A stretch of DNA of 44,256 nucleotides from Jimgerdemannia flammicorona (taxonomy: Eukaryota), in the NCBI GenBank assembly GCA_003990765.1, contig RBNJ01000070.1:1-44256 (forward strand), in the 5' to 3' direction. The position numbers and the translations under genes are program-made. Shown one piece after another: positions 25,491-37,488 of this stretch (position 1 is the first letter of the stretch; each line of letters begins with the position of its first letter). A model generated the notes under the pieces. It was not told where the DNA came from. It did no database searches and saw only the letters and a program-made list of their open reading frames with translations.

Positions 25491-27021
25491 TGTCATATAG
25501 TGGTCACTGAGTTTTTCAAATATACCAGATTCTCTTCAAGGTGTATCTCTTAGACTAACTCAAGTTTGTTATAAGTAAGTTCTTATTAGAGTACCTTTCC
25601 AAGGTCTTATAGTCCTCAAACTTCTTATCTTTAACTATCTTGTTATCTCTTAGATTGCTTGCAAGGAAGTGTGTATAAGTGAAACTGGAACTAACTTTAT
25701 TTCAGAGGAAATAAGAGGAGTATTTATACAAAATATAATTCAATAGTTGCTAAGATATAAAGCTAAATATAAATTCCAAAACTAAAACTACTAAGTTTCA
25801 GGGTCAGCACTGATGGTTGTACAGGTTTAGAATGCTGATATAATTCAGTATCACATCAGAATACTGGTGCTGGAACAATTTCGCATCACCTCAGAATGCC
25901 AGTACTGGCATTATCTAGTGTTATATGAGAATATCGGTGCTGGCATTATTTAGTGTAATAAGGAACTTAGAGCAGAAAGTTCAGAACCAGGGGGGCTTCA
26001 TCCTCATCATCATCATCATCATTGAAGGAGATGAGATCCACAAATTCATTATTTTTGTATGCTTTGATGTCATATGGGATAATGTCATCACTGATGACAT
26101 CATCATGTTTGGTGGCAGGAAAAATCAGGAACAAGATCTGGAGCTCTCCAGTCTATGAGGTTCTCTTCCACAAAATAGGGGACAAATGTGGGGTCTTGGG
26201 GAGATTTAACCCAGATACTTAGGCCTTAGAATACTGAGATCAACCCTTACAGGAATTGGTCTGGGTTATCCTGGAGGATAGGGTGCCAGAAGTCTTCTAC
26301 TTCATCACTATTGAGGGTGATAGTGGACTGGGCTTCTGTAGCCACTCTGGCTTCTAGTGCATTGATATGGCAGGATGATAGGTCTCTGAAATCTGAGCCT
26401 CTAATATACTCCAAGTTGGGGATTGACCATAGTGCATACCTGAAGATCTGATGGATCTTCTTAGCTATTCTTGTTTTGTGTATATCCATAGAAGTGGCAT
26501 CTTGTAGCTCTTGAGTGCTGGCCTGTAGGAACTCCCAGCAGAGGAGGTTTCCTATTTTGTACTTCTGCTACATTTGGAGGCATTTGGTAGCAATGGTGAT
26601 TCTTGTTTCATTTTACAGTGGTAGAGGATAAAGTGATAGGGATCTGCAGTACCCAGGTTGATACTAGGAGTCCTTCTTGAGTGGGTCCTCATAGCTCTTC
26701 TGATGTCTTGGAACATTCTTTCTTCAACTGAGATGCCTTGGTAATTCCTTGACCTTGAGGTTTGGTGAGCAGCAGGCATTTTATTTGTGATAAGTCTTTG
26801 AGCTATTTTGGGATTGGTGGTTCTTATTGGTTGCTGCTACTGTGGTTCCTTGATCCTTCTTTTATATTCTTCAGGATGCTTATACTGTAATCACAATGAC
26901 TTACAGTTGGTCATCATTGCTCATCTCATATGCCATATGATCTCCTTATACTCTGATCTGATAGCTTGCAAGGAAAGGTTGTCTCCTATACTGATGTCAT
27001 CATTCTGAGGTCACCATTACA
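25491..27021 (-). repeat. Element B 3' LTR (1531 bp)
   Basis: Direct repeat of 32714-34280; TG...CA ends. Confidence 0.95.
25967..26779 (-). pseudogene. LTR (U3)-encoded ORF, 3' LTR copy
   Basis: MPAAHQTSRS...; joins ORF-track pieces 26552-26779 and 26247-26489; small frameshifts. Confidence 0.75.
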
Positions 27022-27031
27022 TCTTCCTCCT
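27022..27031 (-). promoter_or_regulatory. Polypurine tract of element B
   Basis: AGGAGGAAGA immediately before the 3' LTR TG on the minus strand. Confidence 0.85.
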
Positions 27032-27334
27032 GAATAAGGATCTTCTCAAGCATCCTTATTCATTGGTCCAGTCTTGAAAAATTTGCTGATCCCATAACCT
27101 CTGACAAGGGGTCGAAAAGTGGTATTTATGGGCTGGTGTCTTTCCTTTGTATTTTGGTGTGATGGTGAAGGGTCGCTCTCTTCATATAGAGCAAGGGCCT
27201 GATTCTGATCTTGACCAATCAGTTGATGGTTCAAACTCCTCTGACTTTGAAAGTCTCATGGATGAGTAGTTGCCAGTGCTGTATCTCTTAGAGAATGGTC
27301 CAGACAGATAGCCTGCTGGTCACAGAACATATTG

Positions 27335-28576
27335 TTACGATTCACAGACTAGAACCTCATAGGCAGTCATTACATTTTGCTTCTCTTGTATAGGTTCATG
27401 GTACTTCTTGAGTCTGTTCCTATGTACCATGGTAGGCAGTATGGTCCCTGAGATTTTTCTAAGCCAGAAGGTGGTTCCCTTGATATCTTGCATGTAGAAG
27501 GGTCCTTCCTATTTGGGCTCCAGTTTTCATGACCATGAGGCTTCTACCATATTTTGATACAGTAGAACCTTTTCTCTGATTCAGATAGGTTCTAGGGCAT
27601 TGTGATTCTTTTCCACATTCTTCCTTGTCAGTACTTGTAACTTGGTGATGTAATTTTCAGCCTTCTTCCTGATTTGGTATAGTCTCCAGATTTCTACATC
27701 AACCCATCTCTAAGTTAGGTCTAGATTCGTGGCTGAGGTTCCATCAGAATCTTCTTCTCTAAAGAGCAGCTCTCTTGGGGTAAAGTGTATGCTCTGTGAC
27801 CATATGTTTCATAGGACAGAGAGGACAGTTGGGAGATAGTTATCCCAATTCTCATATGTCTCTGAGATCTTTGCTAGGATGTTCTTAAGGGTCTTGTTGG
27901 TTCTCTCTGTCTGTCCATTTCCTTGAGGGTGGTATGCAGTGGTCTTGATGTGCTGGATCTTGTATTTCTGATATATTATCTCATGGAATCTATTGACAAA
28001 TTCTGTTCTGCAGTCTGTTGTGATTTGCTTTGGTGTCTTGTAGTGGCAGATGATTTCTTGGTATAGGAAGTTGGCCATAGAGAGGGCATTGGCTTCTTGT
28101 AATACTCCTACCTCTATCCATTTGGTGAAGAGGTCTACAATAACTATAATATAGTAGTTTCCTGATAGTGTTACTGGTAGTGGTTCAATGATATCCATTG
28201 TGATGTGGTGGAAGGGGATAGGCTCAATTCTTGATGACCCAGATGCCTGGTCTTGCTGATCTTGTTTCTGTTTTTGGTACTTGTCACACTCTTTAACAAG
28301 CAGGTCTTCTTCTATCTTAGACCACTACATGGTTCTTCTTGCCTTATCATATATGTTGGTTCCTCCTAAGTGTCCTTGCTCGTATACTTCCTTCATTACT
28401 TGATACTTCTTGTGTTCAGATATTACTAGCTTTCCTCCTTTTCTGAGTGTAGTGTTGTCTAGTTCAAACTGTTTCCAAGTCTAGTTGATGATGTTGATTG
28501 TCCAAGGTTCAAGGTGGTTGGGCATCTTCCACTACCCAAGGTAGCTGATTAATCCATAGTATAGCTTCTTGTTCAT
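27335..28576 (-). pseudogene. int: Element B integrase with its own ATG
   Basis: MNKKLYYGLISYL...GHLGG...ECDKYQ; MDIIEPLP, TTD, ERTNKTLK, EGPFY; no chromodomain seen. Confidence 0.9.
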
Positions 28577-28601
28577 GTTGAATAGTCTTGATGAGAGTGT
28601 T

Positions 28602-31600
28602 TTAGAGTGTCCTTGAGAGTACATCAGTATTGGTGTTGGTCTTTTCTGAGCAGTGCTTGATAGTACAGTCATACTCTTGCAGCCTGTAGATCTATCTGGT
28701 ATATATTCCTTTGGGGTTCAGAGTGTGGAATAGCCAGGCAAGAGCAGAGTGGTCTGTTTGAATGGTGAAGTGTTTTCCAGCTAGGTAGTAGTGGAACTTA
28801 TCTACTGCCCAAACTACTGCTAAGCATTTGAGCTTGCATGACTTGTAGTTCTGTTCTGCTTTGTAGATACCTCAGCTTATATAGGAGATGATATATTCAT
28901 GTCCATCTTTCTTCTGAGCTAGAACTGCTCCAAGTTCTATAGCACTCATATCTGTCTACAGGATGAATTCTAGGTTCCAGTCTGGTCTTCTGAGGATAGG
29001 TGCTTGAGTCAACCTAGTCTTGAGTTCATTGAAGGTTTCTTAGTACTTCTTGGTCCATTCGAATTTGGTCTCCTTCTTCAGTAGCTCATAGATAGGTGCT
29101 GCAATATTGGAATATCCTTTGATGAATCTTCTGTAGTAGCTGGCCAGTCCAAGGAAGGCATAGACTTCTGTAGTTGTTCTGGGTCTTGGGTAGGCTGCAA
29201 CAGCCTCAATCTTCATGGGGTCTGTGTGGATTCTGGTCTGGTTGATGAGGTGTCCTAGGTAGGCAATTTCTTGAGCTGCAAACTTACATTTTTTGGGCTT
29301 GATGTAGAGGCCATGCTCCTTGAGCCTCTTGAGGGCTAGCTGTATGTGATTGACATGTTCTCATGCAGTGTTGCTGAAGATGATCACATCATCAACATAG
29401 ACAAAGAGCCATTTTCCAATCTTGTTGCTGAAGACTCTGTTCATCATTCGCTGAAAACTTACTGGGGCATTACATATTCCAAATGGCATTTGCAGATAGA
29501 TATAGGTGGTGTCAGGTGTGATGAAGGCTGATTTCTCACTGGCATCTTGAGTGAGATCAATCTGATGGAAGCCTGAGAATAGATCCAGGGTGGTGTAGTA
29601 TTTGGCTTCACTTCCAAGGGTGGTAAGGATTTCTTGAATATTTGGCAAAGGCTGCCTATCCTTCTTGATGATAGCATTGAGCTTCCTGTAGTCAATGCAG
29701 AGTCTTGGTGCAAACTCTCCAGGCTTGCTTTCTTTCTTTGGGGCAAGGACAATGAGTGAGGCCCAGGGGCTGATAGCTTGCTTGATGATCCTGGCTTCTT
29801 CCATTTTCTTGAGTTCTGCTCGCAGCCACTCTCTGTAAGCAGGTGGTATGGGTCTGGCTTTCTGGTAGATGGGCTTGGTATCATCAGTATCAACTTCATG
29901 ATAGTACTTGGGTTCTTGATTGTGGATATCTCTGAAGTCCATAGCAAATACTCCTTCATTCTGGTGCAGGATCTTGAGAAGTTGTTCCTCCAGGGGAAAG
30001 TTTTCTCCAATGATATATGTGTGCTTGTTCTGGTCCTTGTCTTTCTTGTGCTTGAGTTCAGTAATCTTGGTAGTGGTATAGGCTCCTCTTCCAGTAGATC
30101 CAAAGTCTTGTTCTCCTCTCTTGGTCTTGATGAGTTTGATGGCTTCAATGATCTTGGGCTTCTTGATTTCGTGGATCAGCATCTGGCCAATCCTGTCATA
30201 CTTCTTGACTTCGAAGGAGGTGGTGTGGTTGTGATTTTTGACTATGAGAAAAATCTCACCAGTGTAATTGGGGTCAATTACTCCTCCTTCAACTGAGATT
30301 TCACTTTTGGCCAGACTGCTCCTGATCTTGATAATTCTGGCATAGTTCTCTAGCAGCTTGACTCTAATTCTAGTATCAAGTAGGGTGGTGGTCTGTGGTT
30401 TAAGGGTAGCATCTTGAATACTGGCAAGGTCCATTCTTATGGCTCCTTTAGTCTTATATTCTGGGATCTTGACTTTGGGGTGAAACTTCTTGACCTTGAG
30501 GGTGATGTCTGATTCTTGTTCCTCCTCATCATCACTGTCAGCTTGGAGCTCTGGGGGCTGGTTATCTTCTTTGGCTTTCCTTTTTGCTTCAGCAGCTTAT
30601 TACTCATATTTCTGTTGGTATATTTTCCTGACTTCACTGATACAGAACCAGCAGTCATTCAGGTGTTCAGAGCAGTACATCCTAGTACCATGGGGGCATC
30701 TTCCTTGAGGGGTATAGCCTTCGATAATCTTATTGTACCACTGCTCATCTGTGAGCTTGGGTGTCTTATTCTTGTTCTTGTTCACCAAGTGCATGAAGAC
30801 CTCTGTGTCTTTTTCATCTTCTTTCTCTATGTCTGGTAGAACTCTTTTATGGACATTGATAGAGACTCGTACCTTTCTTCCTCTATAGTTGATCTGCATC
30901 TTCTGAGCATTGAGGTCAATGATGGTCTTGGCCTTGTGAAGCCATTGATTGCCAATAAGGATGTCATAGTTGGTGGCACTTGTAACAATTATGTCTACTG
31001 ATATGGTAGCTCCTCCTATCTTGATGGAGACTTCTTGGATTTTGCCAAGGAGGATAGCTCATGTACTATCTGCTGTAATATAGACTATCTTGGTGGACTC
31101 TTCAATGTCCCAGCCTAGGTGGTCAATTGTCTTCTTGCTCATGAGGCATTCTCCAGCACCAGTATCAATGATGGCATCAAAGATACAATCTTTGATCTGA
31201 TATAGGGTATAGGCTGATGTCTTGCACTAGTCTTTAGATTCTTTACCAGAGTTCTTGGATTCTTCCTGTGCATTGTGAGCTTCTACAATCTTGTACTCTT
31301 GATTCTTGGCAGTAGTTGCAAGTCCTACTCTCAACTGCTGTCTGAAGGCAGGGACTTCAGCTAGCTGTCCAAAGGTAGTATTGACCTTCTGTTCCTTGAG
31401 ATCCTTGTAGATGTCATACTGGTGGATCTTGATCTTGCGCAGCTTCTGTTTCTTCTTGCTTTCACTTTCTCCTAAGACTGGAGTAGTGCCTTCAATGATT
31501 TGACAGGCAGCTTCATCTAACTCTATGTCTTGATCAATTTCCTCGAGTTGGATCTTGCTTTGAATAGTGATAGCCAGGGTCTTCTTTGGTCTTCCAACTG

Positions 31601-32594
31601 GCTTGCTGTTGCTCTTCTTATCATAGGGCTTAGACTGGGTTCTGGTATCTTCAGTAGTAGGGTAGAATTCAAGCTCCTTATAGTATTCTTCATCATCAGT
31701 ATCACCAATCTCCTCGATGACTACTGCATTGGTTTGTTCTCTAGTTCTACTAGTATTGCTTGGTTGGGCTTTGTGTCTTGTTTCGGTCATGCAATTCTTT
31801 GCATAGTGGCCTTATTCTCTGTATCTGAAGCATGTGATATTGTGTTCTTCTGTAGTAGCTGCAAATCTCTGCACTGGTCTCCTGTTAGCACTTCGGACTT
31901 CTTTAACAACATCACCAAGGTGTGTAGTCATCTCAGCGAACTGCTTGGCAAGTTCTTCCACTAGGTCAGCTTTGGCTGTCTTGGGGGTAGGTGGGATTGG
32001 TTGTTTGTTTACAACTGTGGCAGGTAAGATACTAGTTGGCTTTGATGGCTTCATCTTGATGCTAGTTATTTTCTCTATTGAGTGTTTGGCAGAGTGTCTG
32101 GTAGTCCAATATCTCTATGCAAAGACCACTTTCTGATCAAGGGTCAGTGTAGCTAGGGTAGACCAGATTGCTAGGGCAATTTCAGGGTGAACTCCTTTGA
32201 GAAAAGTTGAATCTGCTATTTGTTCCTTGAGATGGTCATCATAGTCAGCCAAGACAATCTGGTGGCAGATTTGGGTATAGAATGAGTTGGGATCTTCACT
32301 AAGTTCCTGGCAGATAGTATTGAGTTGATCCTTGAGAGCTTGCTTGATCTCTTCAGTATAATATATTGTTCTGAGAAATGCCTTTATGTTGGCAAGTTTG
32401 GCTGCACTAGCATTAGCAATAGTGGCTGCATTTAACTTGTCTCTAGCAGGTCCTCTGAGGCTGACTGGTAGAAGAGCCAATTGAGCATCCATACCAAGGG
32501 CTCATATAGCAGTGAATTGTTCAAAGTCTTCAATGAAGGTCAGGATTGACTCTTCAGTAGTATATCCATAGAATATGGGGGGATGCATTTCCAT
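28602..32594 (-). pseudogene. gag-pol: Element B single-frame gag-PR-dUTPase-RT-RNase H
   Basis: MEMHPPIFYG; CFRYRE*GHYAKNC; IIDTGAG; RSSL, GVIDPNYTGE, RIGQ, RGEQDFGSTG (~30091-30505); YVDD; ends DVLSRTL*. All pieces share one frame. Confidence 0.93.
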
Positions 32595-32692
32595 CTTATC
32601 TTGAATTCTTGCAGGGATGACTCTTGTAGTCAGGGTAGTTATTGTGGGGTTGTTCGTTTTTCAGCTTGAAAGTGAGGGATTCATCTTGAATA

Positions 32693-32710
32693 ACTAGCCA
32701 ATGGGTACCA
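32693..32710 (-). promoter_or_regulatory. Primer-binding site of element B (cognate tRNA not assigned)
   Basis: TGGTACCCATTGGCTAGT 3 nt inside the 5' LTR end. Confidence 0.65.
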
Positions 32711-32713
32711 AGT

Positions 32714-34280
32714 TGTCACATAGTAGTCACTGAGTTCTTCAAATATACCAGATTCTCTTCAAGGTATATCTCTTAGACTAACTCAAGTTTGTTATAAGTA
32801 AGTTCTTATTGGAGTGCCTTCCCAAGGTCTTATAGTCCTCAAACTTCTTATCTTTAACTGTCTTGTTATCTCTTAGATTGCTTGCAAGGAAGTGTGTATA
32901 TGTGAAACCAGAACTGACTTTATTTCAGAGGAAATAAGAGGGGTATTTATACAAAATATAATTCAATAGTTGCTAAGATATAAAGCTAAATATAAATTCC
33001 AATAACTAAAACTACTAAGTTCCAGGATCGGCACTAATGGTTGTACAGATTAAGGATGCTGGTATAATTCAGTGTTATATCAGAATACCAGTGCTGGAAC
33101 AATTTCGCATTACCTCAGAATACCAGTGCTGGCATTATCTAGTGTTACATAAGAATACTGGTGCTGGCATTATTTAGTGTAACAAGGAACTTAGAGCAGA
33201 AAGTTCAGGACCATGGGGGCTTCATCCTTGTCATCATCATCATCACTGAAGGAGATGAGATCTGTAAATTTGTCATTTTTGCGTACTTCAATGTTATGCA
33301 GGATGATGTCATCACCAATGACATCATCATATTCAGTGGCAGGGAAATTGGGAACAAGATCTGAAGCTCTCCAGTCTATGAGGTTCTCTTCTACAAAATA
33401 GGGGACCAGTCTATGAGGTTCTCTTCTACAAAATAGGAGATAAATGTGGAGTCTTGGGGAGATCTAACCTGGATGCTTGGGCCTTGGAATACTGAGATCA
33501 ACCTTTGCAGAAATTGGTCTGGGTTGTCCTGGAGGATAGGGTGTCAGAAGTCTTCTACTTCATCACTATTGAGGGTGATAGTGGACTGGACTTCTGTAGC
33601 CACTCTTGCTTCTAGTGCATTGATATGGCAGGATGACAGGTCTCTGAAATCTGAGACTCTAACATACTCCAAGTTGGGGATTGACCATGGTACATACCTG
33701 AAGATCTGATAGATCTTCTTAGCTGTCCTTGTTTCGCATATATCCATGAGAGTGGCATCTTGTAGCTCTTGAATACTGGCCTGTGGGAACTCCTGGCAGA
33801 GGAGGTTTCCTATTTTGTACTTCTGCCACATTTGGAGGTATTCAGTAGCAATAGTAATCCTTGTTTCCATTTCATGGTAGTAGAGGATAAAGTGATAGGG
33901 ATCTGCAGTACCCAGGTTGACACTAGGAGTCCTTCTTGAGTGGGTCCTTATAGCTCTTCTGATATCTTGGAATATCCTTTTTTCAACTGAGATGCCTTGG
34001 TGGTTCCTTGACCTTGAGGTTTGGTGAGCAGCAGGCATTTCATTTGTGGTAAGTCTTTGAGCTATTTTGGGATTGGTGGTTCTTATTGGTTGCTGCTACT
34101 GCAGTTTCTTGATCCTTCTTTTATATTCTTCAGAATGCTTGTACTATGGTTACAATGACTCATAGTTAGTCATCATTGCTTATCTCATATGCCGTATGAT
34201 CTCCTTGTACTCCAATCCGGTGGCTTGTAAGGAAAGGCTGTCTCCCATGCTGATGTCATCATTCTGAGGTCACTATTATA
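32714..34280 (-). repeat. Element B 5' LTR (1567 bp)
   Basis: Direct repeat of 25491-27021 plus a 35-bp tandem duplication at 33371-33440. Confidence 0.95.
33191..34038 (-). pseudogene. LTR (U3)-encoded ORF, 5' LTR copy (~270 aa reconstructed)
   Basis: 164-aa open stretch, then *HPILQDNPDQFLQRLISVFQGP... and acidic tail FSDDDDKDEAPMVLNFLL*. Confidence 0.8.
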
Positions 34281-34691
34281 ATGTTTATGGATGGGCAGTG
34301 ATTGGCACTTAGACTGTAAGTCATAAGGTAGAAGTGACTGATTTTAGATCTATTGAATGGCTGATGGAAGAGATAGGGACCTAGAGAAGGACTCTATAGG
34401 AGGTTGGTAGAAAAGATCTGCAGATAGAGTAGAGAGAGGATTAAAGTGGCTAAGGAGTTGGTGTATTTTCAAAGAGATGGGGAAGGGGAGAGGGAGAGAG
34501 GGGGGGGGAGTGAAGTCTCTCAAGAGATTGGGTGAGGGGAGGGTCTGTATTAGTATAATATAGATTAGTAATAAGAATAGCAAAGTGAAATCCTAGTAAC
34601 TATAAAATATATATATATATATATAGAAAGTTAGAATATAGTAGATTGTCAGAAGACAGAAAGCTAAAATAAAGTGAGTTATTAAGAAGCT

Positions 34692-34798
34692 AGAATATAG
34701 TAGATTATTAGAATACAGCCAGTTATCAGAATATAGTAGATCTTCAGAATATAGTAGGTTGTTGGAATATAGTGGGTCTTTGGAACTCAGTAGAGTAG
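34692..34798. repeat. 18-bp tandem repeat (~6 copies, consensus agaatatagtagrtyntc)
   Basis: Direct reading of the sequence. Confidence 0.7.
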
Positions 34799-34854
34799 AA
34801 GTCTATTAATATATAATATAATAGTAGTATCAAAGAGGAAGACAGTATCATTCA

Positions 34855-35887
34855 GTGAGTTATAGAGATATTTGCTAACTAGATAATAAAATAAAATAAA
34901 TAGAATAATTATAAGGCTTTAGTCATAGAGATATTTACCAATCAGATAATAAATAGAATAGTTATAAGGCTTCAGTCATAGAGATATTCACTAACTAGAT
35001 AATTAAATGAAATAAATAGAAAGGTTATAAGACTTCAGTCACAGAGATATTTGCTGATCAGATAATAAAATAAATAGAATAGTCATCAAGCTTTAGTTAC
35101 AGAGATATTTACTGACCAAATAATAAAATAAAATAAAATAAAATAAAATAAATATAATGATCATAAGACTTCAATTATAGAGATATTTACTAATCAGATA
35201 ATAAATAAAATAAAATAAATAGAATGGTCATAAGGCTTCAGTTACAGAGATATTTCCCAATTAGATAATAAATAAAATATAATAAATAGAATAGTTATAA
35301 GGCTTTAGTTATAGAGACATTTACTAACTAGATAATAAAATAAAATAAAATAAATAGAATAGTCATATATAAGGCTTCAGTCACAGAGATATTTACCAAC
35401 TAAATAATAAAATAAATAGAATGGCCATCAAGCTTTAGTTACAGAGATATTTGCTAACTAGATTATAAAATAAAATAAAATAAATAGAGTAATTATAAGA
35501 CTTCAGTTACAAAGATATTTACAGATCATATAATAAAATAAAATAAATAAAATAGTTATAAGGCTTCAGTCATAGAGATATTTACCAACCAGATAATAAA
35601 TAAAATAAATTAAATTAAATAGTCATAAGGCTTTAGTCACAAAGATATTTGCTGATCAGATAATAAAATAAAATAAAATAAATAGAATAGTCATAAGGCT
35701 TCAGTTATAGAGATATTTACTAATCAGATAATAAATAAAATAAAATAAATAGAATGATCATAAGGCTTCAATCATAGAGATATTTACTAACTAAATAATA
35801 AAATAAATAAAATGGCCATCAAGCTTCAGTCATAAAGATATTTACTGACTAGATAATAAAATAAAATAAAATAAATAAAGTAGTTAT
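34855..35887. repeat. ~60-bp satellite, ~16 units, with variable (AAAAT)n
   Basis: Core aggcttcagtcatagagatatttactaatcagataat repeated; cut by element C. Confidence 0.92.
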
Positions 35888-36094
35888 TGTGACATACGCA
35901 ATTGAAAACAGAGTACTGGTGACTGCTAAGATCAGATGACATAATGGCATAACAATCAAATAGACAGTCTGACCCATTAGGTGATCATTCCAAAAGAAGA
36001 CAAGATGATCTAAGCCAAAATGAAGACCACGTTATTTAAGGAACCATACTCTACCTCAGGGATCAGCACTAAAGAACCAAGTACCCACCACACA

Positions 36095-37081
36095 ATGTCT
36101 CCCATTCGCCGATCCAACCAGACCTCCCACCGCTCTACCCCTTTGCCTAGCCCAAAGACCCTGATCTTTGAAGCTATCAAGAAGGCCATCTGGTGCCCAG
36201 ACACTTCCGAACACTTGAACTTCTATACTGAGGACCTTGGACACTTCATCAACTACCAGTATATAATAACCCAACAGCTCAAAGATACTACTGAATGAAT
36301 GACCCTCTGGCATGACTATGAAATCAGACACCGCCTTCGCAATGAGACTCAAGAAGATGACCAGGAAGACCTCATTGCCAAAATGTTAACCACCAGCTGG
36401 CTAATCAAGAGAGCTCTCCATGTCCACCAAATCTTCTGCCATATTTCCTAGGCTATAGCACACTTGCAAGGAGTAACAGCTGGTAGCCTCTCCCGCCTTT
36501 CAACTGAAGATGCTGACTGGATAGAATCTGAAGTAACCAATGCTATTGGCAGCAACTGCATTACCATAGGAAGCCAACAAACCGAACCTACTCAGCCAGG
36601 TTTCCACACCACCTCACTCTGAGACAACCATCAAGGTCACCTAATAAGTCTTATGGAGATATTCGAAGGACCACCCATCACTATAGAGGCACTCATTGGA
36701 GCTACCCCAACCACCCACCACCCTGTCAGCCACAATTCACACCTCATCATTTGGGAACCGAATCAAGAAGAAGTCCAAGAAGTTCCTGTCTTTGAAGAGG
36801 AGGCCCAAGAACTCCAAAACCCTGCCCCTGAAGAAACCCCCTCTGACACTGAAACTGACGAGCCTTCAGAAGAAGAAGAGGAGCAATAGAGAGTCTACCA
36901 GTCCTCTGTCTGCATTCAAGCTGTTCAAGGGTTGGAGAATGTTGTTGAAGATGACTGGCTACTTTTCTACCCCCTCACCTCTTGGCCGGTGCTTCCCCCC
37001 TTTGAGGAGAGATATGATGAAGAAGAAATCACAACCCAGCAAGATTTGCCCGCCACGGACAAAGGGTACTATTTCCTCTAG
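36095..37081 (+). pseudogene. LTR (U3)-encoded ORF of element C (~328 codons, 4 in-frame transition-type stops)
   Basis: One frame from MSPIRR to KGYYFL*; aligns over ~190 aa with element B LTR ORF. Confidence 0.78.
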
Positions 37082-37105
37082 AGTACTGCCCATCAGCCGT
37101 GAGAA

Positions 37106-37320
37106 CCCAGCTTTTGTCAGCAGGTCTGAATCCAGTGTTGCTACCCAGTACTACTGTTTTCAGCATTTTGTCAGTAGGTCTGAATCCAGCATTGCCACCC
37201 TCCACAACTGCTTCTGGCAACAATCATCGTATCATGTCAGCTCATCCGAATCCAGCGTTGCTACCCAGTACCACCATTTTCAGCATTTTGTCAGCAGGTC
37301 CGAATCCAGCATTGCTATCC
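37106..37320 (+). repeat. Tandem subrepeats in element C U3
   Basis: 4 copies of tgtcagcaggtctgaatccag.rttgc. Confidence 0.8.
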
Positions 37321-37448
37321 CCTACAACCCAATCCGTAGTAAACAATAGCCTGCACCTCGCATCGTGCAAACCAATAGTATGAGTTCACCACAACATAGT
37401 ATACCTTAGCCTTAGTTACACCCTCTCCCCCCATAGCTAGCAAACTTG

Positions 37449-37488
37449 TATAAATAACCCATATTCTTAGAGTGAATAAACCTCAGTC
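37449..37488 (+). promoter_or_regulatory. LTR core promoter / poly(A) module: TATA, AATAAA, TCAGT initiator
   Basis: agagtgaataaacctcagtc identical to 14464-14483 in A; equivalent module in B at 32913-32951 (minus). Confidence 0.75.

Larger units (their letters stand above)
25491..34280 (-). mobile_element. Element B: complete decayed Ty3/gypsy LTR retrotransposon with dUTPase and ORF-bearing LTRs
   Basis: Two ~1.5-kb LTRs, TSD ATGT (25487-25490 / 34281-34284), PBS, PPT, gag-PR-DUT-RT-RH, IN. Confidence 0.97.

Noticed and set aside
34855-35887. CRISPR-like repeat/spacer look of the satellite
   Set aside because: Intervening sequences are homologous A-rich variants, not unique spacers; eukaryotic context; no cas genes
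36696-37349. 217-aa ORF in element C LTR
   Set aside because: Alternative frame of the acidic tail plus tandem repeats; homology to B is in the 36095 frame
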